A DNA stretch of 63,463 bases, the filler included, from Reclinomonas americana ATCC 50394 (Eukaryota), in assembly GCA_048213135.1 (NCBI GenBank). It is 6 parts of 2 records of this genome, joined end to end, with 100 filler letters (N's around TTAATTAATTAA, not from the genome) between each part and the next. Parts side by side here need not be neighbours in the genome. Positions count along the whole stretch, not along the records: positions 18,547 to 40,044 come from PS015253.1; positions 40,145 to 54,806 come from PS015253.1; positions 54,907 to 60,053 come from PS015253.1; positions 60,154 to 62,263 come from PS015253.1; 2 more parts are not named here. One strand, written 5' to 3'. Under the pieces are notes generated by a model. The model was given only the letters and a program-made list of their open reading frames with translations, made no database searches and was not told the DNA's origin. A program made the position numbers and the translations under genes. Below are positions 38,631 through 60,757 of the stretch, piece by piece; within the stretch, counting starts at the first letter, position 1; every line of letters starts with the position of its first letter.

Positions 38631-40044
38631 ATGTCACGACGCGGAGGCGGCTCCGCGCGAGCCTCAGGCGCACTTGACGAGGAGAACGAAAAGGCGCGTC
38701 GCGCACAGCTGTTTGCGCGACTTCCACCGGCCGCCGCTTCCGTTGCCCGTTTGTTTGACGAGTTGGTCAATGGCGATAAACACGCCTCCTCCTCCTCGTC
38801 GCAGAAGAAGAGCAAGAGCGGCAAGAAGAAGTCGACATCGACTGCGGGAAAAGGCGGCTCGCCGTCACAGAGAGCGAGCCAGAGCGCGCGCTCTCCGCCT
38901 GCCTCGCCGCGCATGCCCAACGTATTTGCCCGACTTTACGACGAGGACAGAGCGCGTGAGTCGCGACAGCACTTTCTCGCACGACAGGTGAGAGAGAGAG
39001 AGAGAGACACACACACGCACGCACACGCACACAGACAGTCGCGCGTCACACGCAACACATATGTTATTGCTCGATAGGTTGGCACTGGCTCGCCGCGATT
39101 GGAGACCGTGTTCAGCACCGTGTCGCCGGGACCCGTATATCTGCCTTCGCTGGTACGCGTAGTGTACTCACCGCCGTCGTCGCGTCCTGCGCGCAACACT
39201 GACTCACACGCACGCGCGCGCGTAGGACTATGCCAAGCCGGCGTCGCCGCGGCCCATGTTTTCGCGCTTCTCCAATCCGAATATGCTGGGCTCGCCGCGT
39301 GGATCGCGTGCCACGTCACCACTGGCGTCGCCGAGGCGGCGGTCGCCGTCGCCGCCTATGCCTGTGGTTAAGCCGTGGTTGCCGCTGTCGTCGCCGACGC
39401 ATGGGCATGGGAGGCGAGGGAGTGTGGGATCGGCGTCGAGTCGCGGGTCGTTGCAGAGTCCGTCCAGGTACTTGGAGTCGTGCGAGCGCGGGTCGTGGTT
39501 GAAGACGCATGCGCCGCAGGAGGGGCCGGGGCCGGCGTATCGACCGAAAGGCGGTGTAGGTTCGATGTCCCTCAAGTCTAATTTCCTTCTTCTTCATTCT
39601 CTCCTCCTTCTTCTTCTTGCTCTTCTTCTTCCTCTTGTTTTTCTGCTTCTCCTCCCTCCTTCTTCTTCTTTTTCTTCTTCTTCTCCTCCTTCTTCTTCTT
39701 CTCCCTCTGCTTTCTCCTTCGTCCTTTTCTCCTCCTTCTTCTTCTTTTCCCTCTGCTTTCTCCTTCCTCTTCTCCTTCTTCTTCCTCTACTTTTCCCTCC
39801 GCTTTCTCCTTCTTCTTCTCCCCTCTTCTTCTTCTTCTTCTTCTTTTCTTCCTCTTGTACTTCTCCTTCTCCTCCTCCTTCTTCTTGTTCCTCTTGCATT
39901 TTGTCTACTTTGTCTGATTGTGTGTGCTGTTTTGCGCGTAGCCGAGGTGGCCAGTCGACTGGCGCCGCGGTACAGCTTCCCGACGTCGCCGTGGAAGGCG
40001 GCGGAGCCGACGGATGTGTTTGAGGTGCGCGATTTGAAAAAGCT
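38631..40044 (+). CDS. SHIPPO/ODF3-like PGP-repeat protein, 3' partial
   Basis: SPGPVYLPS, EGPGPAYRPK and APRYSFPTSPW match the Pro-Gly-Pro-x-Tyr / P-x-Y-S-F SHIPPO repeat pattern. Confidence 0.6.
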
Positions 40045-40494
40045 NNNNNNNNNNNNNNNNNNNNNNNNNNNNNNNNNNNNNNNNNNNNTTAATTAATTAA
40101 NNNNNNNNNNNNNNNNNNNNNNNNNNNNNNNNNNNNNNNNNNNNGTAAGGTAAGGTAACGGTAACGTAAACGTAACCGTACGTACCGTACCGTACGTACC
40201 GTACGTCCGTCGGTACGTACGACGAGAGAGAAGAAGAAGAAGAGAGAGAGAAAGAGAGAGAGAGAGAGGAGACGAATGCGGCGTGCAACAACACTTTGTG
40301 GGGTGAGAAAGTGTGCATGCAACAAACGTACACCTCAAAACAAGCACAACACACAAAGGGAGCGCTTTGACTTACGACCCTCGATAAATGAAGCACTTGA
40401 GGTGTCCATGCAACAAATAAAACACTGCACAACAGGCAAAAAAACATAGAGAGAGAGAGAGAGAGAGACCCTTGCCCCCCTCAAGACACCCCAC

Positions 40495-42005
40495 CTGCAC
40501 GCCTGATAATCCCAGCCCTTGTCACCGAGAGACGGACTGATCGGCGCCGTCGTGTCGAAGCACTTGGGGTACTGCGGCGCGCACAAGAGGTGTGAGTTCG
40601 CGCGCCCTCGTATTCCCTTCCACCACCTCCCACACACCTGGTTGGTGTAATTGTAGTAGACGGCAATGCCCTCGCGCACGGCCGCCAGCAGCACCGTGTC
40701 GGGAGCCGAGTCATTCGGCGCAATGTTGAGGATGCGACGGCAGGCCTCCTTGACCGGCCAGCCAGGCATCGGCTGCAAAAAGTTGCTGGGATAGGGGTAG
40801 TCGGTCATGGCCATGTACTGGAAGCCCTGATTGAGCCAGTCGGAGAGCGCCTGCGCCGTCTTGCTGTCGACCACGGGCTTGCACAGACGGAACGACGACG
40901 TGAGCGTGTCCCTGCCCGACGACGACTGCGACAGACGCGGGAGCGCATCGGTGAAGGTCTTGCGAATGATCGCCGAGCAGTTGGGGTTGGCGGCGGTAAA
41001 GTCGGCCGTGATGATCTTGTTGTAGGCCGCAGGGTCGACCAAGCCCGGGAATTGCAGCACGGGTGCGGACGACGCCACACCTCCCGCCACAATGTGCGGG
41101 TACTTTTGGCGGAACCACGCCGTCAGCATGCCACCGTACGAGCCTCCAAAGGCAATAATCGGCGCCGACGGCGACATGAACGACGAGCGCAGCATCAGCA
41201 GCAGCTCCGCAAAGTCGGCCAGTGCCTGCTCCGCCGACAAGAACACCACCTTGTCGGGGTCAAATGAGTTTTGCCCAAACGGCATCGTTTGCCCTACATA
41301 AGCGAATGTAAGCAAGCAAGCAAGCAAGCAGCACGGATCATATGCGGACCGTAGTAGCGATGCTCGGCAAAGATAATGAGTGCCTTGTAGGCGGGCGCGA
41401 GGTCGAACATGAGTCCGGTGTTGGCATAAAAGTTGGCAATGTCGCCCTGTATGCACAATATATGGGTTGAGTTGAGCTCCGCTGAGAGAGAGAGAGCGCG
41501 CGCCTGCTCCCTCGAGTTACCTCGTTGCCTGTGTAGAAGAAGACGGGCGAGGTGGAGGAGCGGTCCCAGAACTTGTCGCACACCAAGTAGCGCTGCTGGA
41601 AGCGGCGGTTGTCGCCAAAGTTGAAGTGGTCGAGTGTCTGCGAGTACCAGTTGGTGGTGTACGCTGAGATTATGACAAAAAAAGTGAGAGAGCAATGACC
41701 CCAATTGAAGTTCAACTCAAAACGCAACGCGGTACATCCTCGACCGACGCCTCGCGCTCGCGCACCAATCGCTCCCAATTGTACGTGGGCGGCAGGTGGA
41801 GACCCTCATCCTCCTCCGCCTCCTCCGCATCGACATCCTCGTCACTCGACTCCAACACCTCCAGTCGCGCAACAAGCTCCTCCCACTCACTGCTCACATC
41901 GTCGCCTTTGTGGACGTTGTGAGTCAGTGCCGCGGTGGACGACACGGCGACGGCGAGGAGCGCGAGGAGGAGAAATGCGAGGAGAGCAACACGCACGCCA
42001 CGCAT
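40495..42005 (-). CDS. PRCP: Lysosomal Pro-X carboxypeptidase / DPP7 family (peptidase S28), 3' partial
   Basis: Signal peptide MRGVRVALLAFLLLALLA, QTLDHFNF, FFYTGNEG, FAEHRYYG, EQALADFA, catalytic GGSYGGML, AMTDYPYP, WDYQAC. Confidence 0.88.
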
Positions 42006-42500
42006 TTGAAGTGATCGGTCAATCCACTCGATCGATGGAGTTATCATGGTCGGGCAGTGACATGGCGGCGTGGTAAGCTGTGCACTATGCTGTGCGAGTT
42101 GTGTAGAACGCAGTGACCACGCAGGAGCCAGTCATGTTGCCCAGTGCGGTGAGTTGAAGTGATCGATTGATCCACTCGGCCGACGGAATTATCATGGTCG
42201 GGCAGTGATATGGCGGCGTGGTAAGCTATGCACTATGCTGTGTGAGTTGTACAGAATGCAATGACGGCGCAAGAGCCAGTCATGTTGCCCAGTGCGGTGA
42301 GTTGAAGATATCGGTCAATCCACTCGATCGATGGGGTTATCATGGTCGCGCGTTGACATGGCGGTGTGGCGTGTTTGCGCATTACACGTGCGTATGGAAG
42401 ACAAAGCAATGACGATACGCGGGCCGCTCATTTCCCTCGGCGAGCCGAGTTGAAGCAGTCGGTGGGTCCAGTTGATCGATCGGTGTGTTGTGATTGAGTT
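42006..42500. repeat. 148-bp tandem repeat directly upstream of PRCP, 3-4 copies
   Basis: TTGAAG..TCG unit starts at 42006, 42154, 42302 and 42450. Confidence 0.85.
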
Positions 42501-43605
42501 TGGTCGGGAGTGAGCGTTCACTCGTTCTTTTGTGTGTGTGCGTGTGATAGACAAAGGCGAGGGCATTGAGGAGCTGCAGGCCAGTTGAAGTGATTGTTGA
42601 ATCCAGCTGGTTGGTTGTGTGAGTCAAAGGTGTGTATGTCTCTCTGTCTTTCTCTCTCTCTCGCAGTGTGCCTGTCTCTGTTAGTGCGTGCGTGCGTGTG
42701 AGAGAACACGGTTGTGTGTGAGAGAGGGAGATGCAAAGGAGAAGAGAGCAGAGGNNNNNNNNNNNNNNNNNNNNNNNNNNNNNNNNNNNNNNNNNNNNNN
42801 NNNNNNNNNNNNNNNNNNNNNNNNNNNNNNNNNNNNNNNNNNNNNNNNNNNNNNNNNNNNNNNNNNNNNNNNNNNNNNNNNNNNNNNNNNNNNNNNNNNN
42901 NNNNNNNNNNNNNNNNNNNNNNNNNNNNNNNNNNNNNNNNNNNNNNNNNNNNNNNNNNNNNNNNNNNNNNNNNNNNNNNNNNNNNNNNNNNNNNNNNNNN
43001 NNNNNNNNNNNNNNNNNNNNNNNNNNNNNNNNNNNNNNNNNNNNNNNNNNNNNNNNNNNNNNNNNNNNNNNNNNNNNNNNNNNNNNNNNNNNNNNNNNNN
43101 NNNNNNNNNNNNNNNNNNNNNNNNNNNNNNNNNNNNNNNNNNNNNNNNNNNNNNNNNNNNNNNNNNNNNNNNNNNNNNNNNNNNNNNNNNNNNNNNNNNN
43201 NNCGGATGTTGCGTGAGGGGGGGGGGAAGGGAGAGAGAGAGCAAGAGAAGGAGGGAGGGAGGGAGGAGAAGAATTGAGGACAACGGAGGAAGAGGACGAC
43301 GAGGAGAGGAAGAAGATGAGGCCGGAGAAGAAGATGCAGTGACGATAGCAAGGGCAGAGAGGCAAGTGAGGAGGAGAACAAGGACAACAACAACAAGAAG
43401 AAGAAGAAGAGACTGCGGAGTGGAGATAGACACCTGCAACAGCATCGACAACAGACAAGTGAAGGTAGAAAGGGCAGCGTGTGAGAGATAGAGAAGATGA
43501 GCTGTCCAGACTTTCGGGGAGGGAGGAGAGATACAGCTGCGGGCGAAGGAAGACGCCTGCAACGGCATCGAGTATTAAGTTCGAAAGGCGATTGAGTGCT
43601 TGCGT

Positions 43606-43727
<122 letters not shown>

Positions 43728-44585
43728 NNNNNNNNNNNNNNNNNNNNNNNNNNNNNNNNNNNNNNNNNNNNNNNNNNNNNNNNNNNNNNNNNNNNNNNNN
43801 NNNNNNNNNNNNNNNNNNNNNNNNNNNNNNNNNNNNNNNNNNNNNNNNNNNNNNNNNNNNNNNNNNNNNNNNNNNNNNNNNNNNNNNNNNNNNNNNNNNN
43901 NNNNNNNNNNNNNNNNNNNNNNNNNNNNNNNNNNNNNNNNNNNNNNNNNNNNNNNNNNNNNNNNNNNNNNNNNNNNNNNNNNNNNNNNNNNNNNNNNNNN
44001 NNNNNNNNNNNNNNNNNNNNNNNNNNNNNNNNNNNNNNNNNNNNNNNNNNNNNNNNNNNNNNNNNNNNNNNNNNNNNNNNNNNNNNNNNNNNNNNNNNNN
44101 NNNNNNNNNNNNNNNNNNNNNNNNNNNNNNNNNNNNNNNNNNNNNNNNNNNNNNNNNNNNNNNNNNNNNNNNNNNNNNNNNNNNNNNNNNNNNNNNNNNN
44201 NNNNNNNNNNNNNNNNNNNNNNNNNNNNNNNNNNNNNNNNNNNNNNNNNNNNNNNNNNNNNNNNNNNNNNNNNNNNNNNNNNNNNNNNNNNNNNNNNNNN
44301 NNNNNNNNNNNNNNNNNNNNNNNNNNNNNNNNNNNNNNNNNNNNNNNNNNNNNNNNNNNNNNNNNNNNNNNNNNNNNNNNNNNNNNNNNNNNNNNNNNNN
44401 NNNNNNNNNNNNNNNNNNNNNNNNNNNNNNNNNNNNNNNNNNNNNNNNNNNNNNNNNNNNNNNNNNNNNNNNNNNNNNNNNNNNNNNNNNNNNNNNNNNN
44501 NNNCCCTTCGTCCTCCTCTCTCTCTCTCTCTCTCTCTCACCCTCTCCCCTCCCTTCCCCTCACTTCTCCTTTCCCCTTGTGGCAG

Positions 44586-45426
44586 GTGGTGGCCCGGGAC
44601 GCCCTGCTGGCCCTCATCGCCCTCGACTCGGCGCCACAACCCATTATTCACCGCGACATCAAGCCGTCCAACCTGCTGGTCAACGCCAACGGCGACGTCA
44701 AGCTGTCCGACTTCAACACGGCACGTGTGCTGGCCGAAACACGACAGGCCAAGACGTACACCGGATCGCGCGACTACATGGCTCCCGAGCGGATCCGTGA
44801 GCAGGGCCACACCACGGTGGGCATTGCGCTCTCCATTGGTCGTTGGTTAGCTTACGTAGCTTCTGACTCTCGCACTCGCAGATCTCCGATGTGTGGAGTC
44901 TCGGTTTGACGCTCTTTACGCTGGCGATGGGTGGTACGTTGTGTAGAATCCACCAGTCCCACGCCATGCATCTCACCACCACCTCCTCTTGCCAGAAAAT
45001 CCATACCAGCGGTTGAACACAAATCCCTTCCAGCTTGGCATTGCGATTGTGGAGGACGAACCTCCACGGCTCCCTGAATACGTGCGTCGCCGTCGCCGTC
45101 GCCACCTTTCTCACTCATCCATCCCGCTCACGAACGCGTATTAGTTCACGCCCGGTTTCCGGGAGGTCACTGCACTGATGCTGGAAAAGGATCCACTGAG
45201 GAGAGCCACCGCAGCACAGCTGTACCAGCACGACTGGGTGCAGGCGGCGCCCGTCAACCAGTGGCTCGCACAGTGGATAAGCCAGCAGGTATACGATCAA
45301 CAGCAGCGAGCCGCACAAGCCGAGGCCGAAGCGGCAGCAGCAATGAGCGGAGAAGGCGGGGAGGGGGGAGATTACGGCGCGTACTATGATCCTTCGCAAG
45401 CACCACCCGCACCAATGTACGATTGA
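44586..45426 (+). CDS. MAP kinase kinase (STE7-like), 5' part not visible (likely in assembly gaps)
   Basis: IIHRDIKPSNLLVN, VKLSDFN, TYTGSRDYMAPERI, SDVWSLGL, IVEDEPPRLP, LEKDPLRRATAAQLYQHDWV. Confidence 0.8.
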
Positions 45427-45569
45427 CAGATTTTCCATGGTTTGATGATATGAGTCATCGCTCCACCAAACACACGCACTCGGCAGAACGCAACGCGCAA
45501 CGCACTCTCTCTCTCTTTCTCTCTCACACATTCTCTCTTGCTTTATCTCTCTGTGCGCGACCACCACAC

Positions 45570-54806
<9,237 letters not shown>

Positions 54807-54926
54807 NNNNNNNNNNNNNNNNNNNNNNNNNNNNNNNNNNNNNNNNNNNNTTAATTAATTAANNNNNNNNNNNNNNNNNNNNNNNNNNNNNNNNNNNNNN
54901 NNNNNNGTACGGTACGTACGTACGTA

Positions 54927-54973
<47 letters not shown>

Positions 54974-55132
54974 AGAGGAAGGGGAGGCAGACTGAAGGGG
55001 AGACAAGCAGGGGACTGCTGGAAAGAAGGAAGAAGACAAGGAAGGAAAGGCAGGAGAGTTCCATAATGCTCTGTGGACTTCCTCCGATTATGGACTTGCA
55101 AGTTGTCTCTTATTCCATGGCGCTGCATGCAG

Positions 55133-56521
55133 ACGAGGTTCTTCGTCAAGTACTTCCCGCCGAGCTGGACGTGCCGAGCGCGTTTGAGTGTGTGGGCCAC
55201 ATTGCGCATCTCAACCTCAAGAACTCGCACCTGCCGTACAAGCGCATTATCGGGCAGGTGCTGCTCGACAAGCATCCGTACTTGCGCACCGTGGTCAACA
55301 AGGTCGGCAGTATTGCGACGGTGTATCGCGAGTTCAAGATGGAGGTCATTGCCGGCGAGGAGGATTTCATTGCGGAAGTGGTGCGTGCGTCTTCCCCCCC
55401 TCCTCTGTTCTCTTTCCACTCCCTGGGCTGACTCTGTGTGCTGTGCAGAAAGAACACGGCGCCACGTACCACCTCGATTACTCCAAGGTCTACTGGAACT
55501 CGCGCCTCGGCACCGAGCATCAGCGACTGGCCGACCAGTTCAGCCCGCCAGAAGTCGTCTGTTGCGCGAGGAGATCACATTTTTCTTCCCTCCCTCCCTC
55601 ATTGATTATCAATTAATTCTTCCGTCACCACAGGCGATGCGTGTTGTGGCATCGGGCCTTTCGTCATCCCGGCGGCCAAACGCGGCTGCAAGGTGCTGGC
55701 CAACGACTTGAACGAGACGTCGGTGGAGTATTTGCGAAAGAACATTGCCGCCAACAAGGTAGGCGTGCGCGTCATTGTCGCTGGTCGCGCCCTGGCACTC
55801 AACCCCGTGTCACTCGTGAGGTGGGCCGCCTGGTCACCGTGTACAACATGGATGCGCGCGACTTGCTGCGCAAGCTGGTCGACGAGTCGGTGGTCTTCCA
55901 CCACGTGACCATGAATCTGCCGGCACTGGCCGTCACCTTTCTCGATGTGTTCCACGGATTGTACGCCGGCAGGCCCGACTTGCCGTTGCCACGCATTCAC
56001 GTGTACACGTTTTCGAAGAATGCGGAGGACTCTTTCAAGGATGCCGTGAAGCAGGTGCGTGTGTACGCGCACACGTGTCGTTAATTGCCCTCGCTTACCT
56101 GTGCGCAGGCCGAGCTGCATCTGGGCACACGAGAGCTGTCGGAGAACCCCGACGCACACCGCCTGGTGGTGCACCACGTGCGCAACGTGGCGCCTAAGAA
56201 GGACATGATGTGTGTGTCGTTCAACCTGCCGCCATCTGTGGCGTACGCGTCGGCTGAGGCCGGCGAGTCGCATCGGGCGGCGAGAAAACGAGCGCGTGAG
56301 GAGCACGCGGGCGATGGAGATGACGAGGACGAGGACGGTTTCGGGGAGGAATTTGGTGGTGAATCCAGTGGCGCGGCTGCGGCGGTGAGTGTGTCGCGCC
56401 GCTGTGTTGTCGCTTTCGATGGCTGACCCACAAACCTCGTGTGTTTCAAAAAAAGGCTGCCGCCGAGGAGAATGGGGAGCCGCCTCGCAAGGTGGCGCGC
56501 ACTGACAGCGGCGTGCAATGA
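55133..56521 (+). CDS. TRM5: tRNA (guanine37-N1)-methyltransferase, 5' partial
   Basis: [65 protein letters not shown]. Confidence 0.92.
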
Positions 56522-56554
56522 ATCACAATCTTGAATGCACGACGGCCACGCATT

Positions 56555-57588
56555 TCATTCAGCGTCCTCAAAGCGCTCCACGCCCTCGGCAGTGATGCAC
56601 TCGTCGACGGTGATGATCTCGTCAATCAGCACGTCGGTCTCCTCGACCGGCACCTCGTCGCACAACTGCTGCTGCAACACCAGCGACACTGCAACGGAAG
56701 GGAGGATCGAGTGAGTTTGACTGCCTCCCTCGACAACCACGCGATCGCGCACCAGTGATGGGCTTCTGGAGGCCGTGCTGCTCGGCCGCCGCAAAACTCC
56801 GCCGCAGGAACCGGTCATAGTACCTGGTTTGCTTGCCAGGCATGAGAGAATCTCCGTAACAACACTGGCTTCTGCACGCGCACATACACACACCCTTTGC
56901 CGTATCCAATCCTCCGTCGGTGTCGGTCAAAACCCAGGCCTGTGTCGGGAGAGGAGAGTGAGCGACAAGCCGGCACAGTATATCCGCACACAGACACACA
57001 CCTGGCACCAGCACCAAGTCCATGCCACGCCCATCCTCGCCTGTGCAAGAACCCGCAATATGCATATTCATGGGTGATGCAGCAACAATGGGTAAACAGA
57101 CACTGCATGGCCGGCCACACGCAACTGATCTCCGCCGAGTTGTCCATCGGAGGTTCCCTGATGCCCCATCGCGGATCCCTCTCCAACGCCATGAACGCCT
57201 CCCACGACGGCACACGGATCATCCACATGAGACACTTATCGGCGTCCACCACTCGCGGCAAGAACACATGCTTGCCTGTAAACGCAATGAGGTCCGAGAA
57301 GAGAGATCGAGATTGTGAGAGAGAGAGGAGCCGCGACGCACCCAACTCCAACGCATGGCGTACAATGGGCGCCGTGTCTGGCTCGCGATCCAGCAGCGAT
57401 GCAAAGAGGCACACGCGTTGGATGCTCTCACTGCGCATGTACGGGCGATGCTCGAGGAATCGATCGGTGAGCAGCGCACTCTCCTCTGCCAACGCATTCG
57501 ATCGCCCTCCTCCGCCTCCGATCGCCGAGCGAAGGCGAAGTCGCAGAGCGGCTTTCTGTGCGGCGATACTGCAGGCCATCCTGAGCAT
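56555..57588 (-). CDS. MTHFS: 5-formyltetrahydrofolate cyclo-ligase
   Basis: KAALRLRLR, GKHVFLPRV, WGIREP, DLVLVPG/LGFD..RIGYGKG/YYDRFL, VPVEETDVLIDEII. Confidence 0.9.
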
Positions 57589-57647
57589 GCGCGCGCATGT
57601 GTAGTGAATGAGCAGAGAGGAGAGTGAGGACGCAGAGGACACCGACT

Positions 57648-58415
57648 ATGCATCGCGTTCGCCGAGTGCTTGCTCACCTCTCTCCATCTCCGCCACTGGT
57701 GTATCGCACTGTGGTGAGTGTGGACAGCACTGCGCCCAGTGGTGACACTCGCGTGTTGTCACTGGCCGAGTACGCCAGCTCCTCGCAGCCGCATTTGCAG
57801 CATGTGAGTGTCAGTGGCCGTCACAGTGAGGCACTCGTGCGTGCCGCGTGTGAGTCGATTGTCGCGAAGCACACGGAGGAGGAGGGAGTGGCGTTGTACG
57901 TGAGAATGGATGTGAAACGACAGAGGTGGTGGCGAAGACGCAGGCACTGGTCGCTGGTGGAGAGTGTGAGACAAGTGGCGCGACGTGGACTGCTGCTGGT
58001 TGCGGTGCTGAGTGGTGAGGAGGTGCAGGCAGAGGTTGATCAACTGTGCAAAGCGCTGCGCGAGGCGGGTGCACGAGGCATTGTGTTTGCCTCCACAGAC
58101 GGCGATCAGTGTCGCGAGTTTGCACGCTGTTTGGTGCACCCGGTGGAGGTGGTGTTGGCGCACGGTGATCCGCTGCACTTGTTGGGCGACGAAGACAAGC
58201 AGGAGGGAGACGAGTGGTCGACGGCGCCCTACTTTCTGCCTGGATCGCCAAACACGCGACGCTTTGAGCAGCTGGTGCGGAAACGTAAAGTGGCGTCGAG
58301 TGGATCGTTCGTGGACGAGTGGTTCGCGTGGGCGGCATTGTGGGCGGAGCTGATGGAGTGCACGGAGACATCCAAGCGACAATCGTCGTGGACTCTGACA
58401 CTTGTCAATCGCTGA
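57648..58415 (+). CDS. Intronless hypothetical protein with N-terminal PTS2-like nonapeptide
   Basis: 255-aa ORF between two clear genes; starts MH-RVRRVLAHL. Confidence 0.6.
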   Translation: MHRVRRVLAHLSPSPPLVYRTVVSVDSTAPSGDTRVLSLAEYASSSQPHLQHVSVSGRHSEALVRAACESIVAKHTEEEGVALYVRMDVKRQRWWRRRRHWSLVESVRQVARRGLLLVAVLSGEEVQAEVDQLCKALREAGARGIVFASTDGDQCREFARCLVHPVEVVLAHGDPLHLLGDEDKQEGDEWSTAPYFLPGSPNTRRFEQLVRKRKVASSGSFVDEWFAWAALWAELMECTETSKRQSSWTLTLVNR

Positions 58416-58680
58416 CGAGCAGAGGCGAAGAAGATCGACAAGGGAGACAGTTGTTTGCCAAGCGACGCCTGGTGTGCGAAAGTTGAGGAAAGATCGATGA
58501 CGTCGACTGTGCCAACTGATCGTTGCCACTCGTTCTCCTCGTTTTCTCCCCACTATGCGTGTTTCTGTCTCTGATCAGTAACACGACTGCAACGACGACG
58601 ACGAATGAAAGGAAGGAACCAATGTGAAGTAATTGTTGTCCCTCTCATTGTAAAGATCGTCATTGTGAAGAGAAGGCGAG

Positions 58681-58984
58681 ATGGAGGCAGCGGCCACCTC
58701 TCCACCACTGTCCTCTGGCGAGGCCGGTGTGTTTGGCTATGAGTTCAACGAGTTTGTGCGACTGCTGACGGTCAGTCTCGCCACGTGTCACTCGCTCTCA
58801 CACGCAGTGACCTCACCCTGTGAGTCTTGTGTGCAGGCATCGATCTCGTTCAGTGTGGTGTCACTAGTGTCGAGCTTTCTCGCGCTGCGAGTGTTGCAGA
58901 GTGGCGAGGATCAGCAGCAAGTCGATGAGCAGCAGTTGCAGCAGGGAGTGGGCGAGACGCACCAGCGTGTGTCAGGTGTGTGTG

Positions 58985-59035
<51 letters not shown>

Positions 59036-59898
59036 CAAGAGAGAGAGAGAGACAAGAGAGAGAAGAGGGAGAGAGAAGCGCACAGTTGTCCTTCATTTCG
59101 CGCTTCCTTCTCTCCTCCCTCACTCTCCGTGTTCGTGTGCGTGCGTGTGTGTGATTGCGTGAGAGAGAGAGCGACACGAGAGAATGATAGAGACTTGTTC
59201 TTCATTTGCGAATCCGCGCGACTCACTACCCGCCATAGTCGTACCTCGTTCGGGCACATACGACGCTCGTGCTGTGTTTCCGTTGCGCTTCCTCTGCTGC
59301 TCTCCTGGGTTGCTTCCTCACCGCCTCTGACCAGTCTCTGTCGATTAGGCTCATTCTGTGCGCACTGGCGCTCATCACGGTGCTGGGCACGGCCTTCCTG
59401 GCACCCGTGTCCATCATCAGCGAGGAGGTGCGATGGCGCGGGCTCGAGAGCAGCGAGTGGCTGACGGAGGAGTTTGTCATGGGTGCGTTGCGGTGTAGGA
59501 AGGCGGTGTGTAGGTCGTGGTTTGGCACTGACTGTAATGATAGGTCTGTGGACGCTTGTGTTCTGGGGCTGCAACACCTCGTTCTACTTGCTGGTACCGT
59601 TTGCGTACTTTTACCACGAGGCGGAGGGCATCTTTCGTCGAGGACGGGGTGTGCTTGGGAGGTGCGGCGAAGCAGCAGCGAGAGACACAGTGCACCAGTG
59701 AGTGTGCGTCACTCACCTGGAAATCTGGGTGTTGCAGAATCACCGAGGTTTTCCTGATTCTCGGTGTGCTGCTGTCGCTGCTGAGTCTGCTGCTGCGCCT
59801 GTTGAACGTGGTGCTCGGGCTGGAGTTCGAGAGCGTGCTACCGCTGTTCCCGTTCTCCTTCTCACTTATTTCCATGCTTGGTTCCCTGTTGCTTCTCG
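58681..59898 (+). CDS. LMBR1/LIMR-like multi-pass membrane protein, 3' partial
   Basis: AFLAPVSIISEEV, WLTEEFVMG/LWTLVFWGCNTSFYLLVPFAYFYHEAEG, SLISMLGSLLLL. Confidence 0.8.
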
Positions 59899-60010
59899 GT
59901 AAGGAATGGAGAAGGTAGAGATGAGTGCAGAAGATTGTGCCCTTGCAAACACGCCCACGTGACACGTACACAATGGTATCACTTTGTGCCGTCTGTAATG
60001 CGTGCCTTCG

Positions 60011-60053
<43 letters not shown>

Positions 60054-60153
60054 NNNNNNNNNNNNNNNNNNNNNNNNNNNNNNNNNNNNNNNNNNNNTTA
60101 ATTAATTAANNNNNNNNNNNNNNNNNNNNNNNNNNNNNNNNNNNNNNNNNNNN

Positions 60154-60421
60154 CGCGATCGGAGAAACACGTGTGTTGTCAGGCACACCAAATCGAGACG
60201 CAACGTTGTGGCACACGCAGGCACCCGACGAGCAGTAGCCCTGTTGACACAAGAAGAAGAGATGCGATGGGGTGAGATTCGATTAGAATAGAACCACAGA
60301 AAGGAGCTCGAGGTGGACGCACGTTCGAGTTGCACTCGTTGCCATTGGGGCACAGGCCACCCTGGGCGTTGGCGACGGCCACAATGGCCACAAACAGAGC
60401 GAGGCAGGCGATGAACTTCAT
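60154..60421 (-). CDS. Secreted EGF-repeat protein paralog, 5' exons only
   Basis: MKFIACLALFVAIVAVANAQGGLCPNGNECNSN/GYCSSGACVCHN, nearly identical to the N-terminus of the adjacent gene. Confidence 0.8.
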
Positions 60422-60617
60422 GATGAGGAGGTGAGGTCTGCTCTCAGGACGAGTGTAAGATGCAATGATGCGTAATTGGCCACCACACCGCGAACACGAG
60501 AGGGACAATGACCCAATCGAGATCCGCCCGTGTTCGGAATAACCAAATGAAGCGAAGCACAAAAATGGTCAGGCGGACTGTAGGCCTCGCTGTACAGTGG
60601 CGTCACACACACACTCA

Positions 60618-60681
<64 letters not shown>

Positions 60682-60757
60682 GCGAATGGACACTCACAAA
60701 AACTGAGCCGAGCGAAACCGTGCTTTATTTGGTTTCACTCTCGTGATCCGGGATTAC

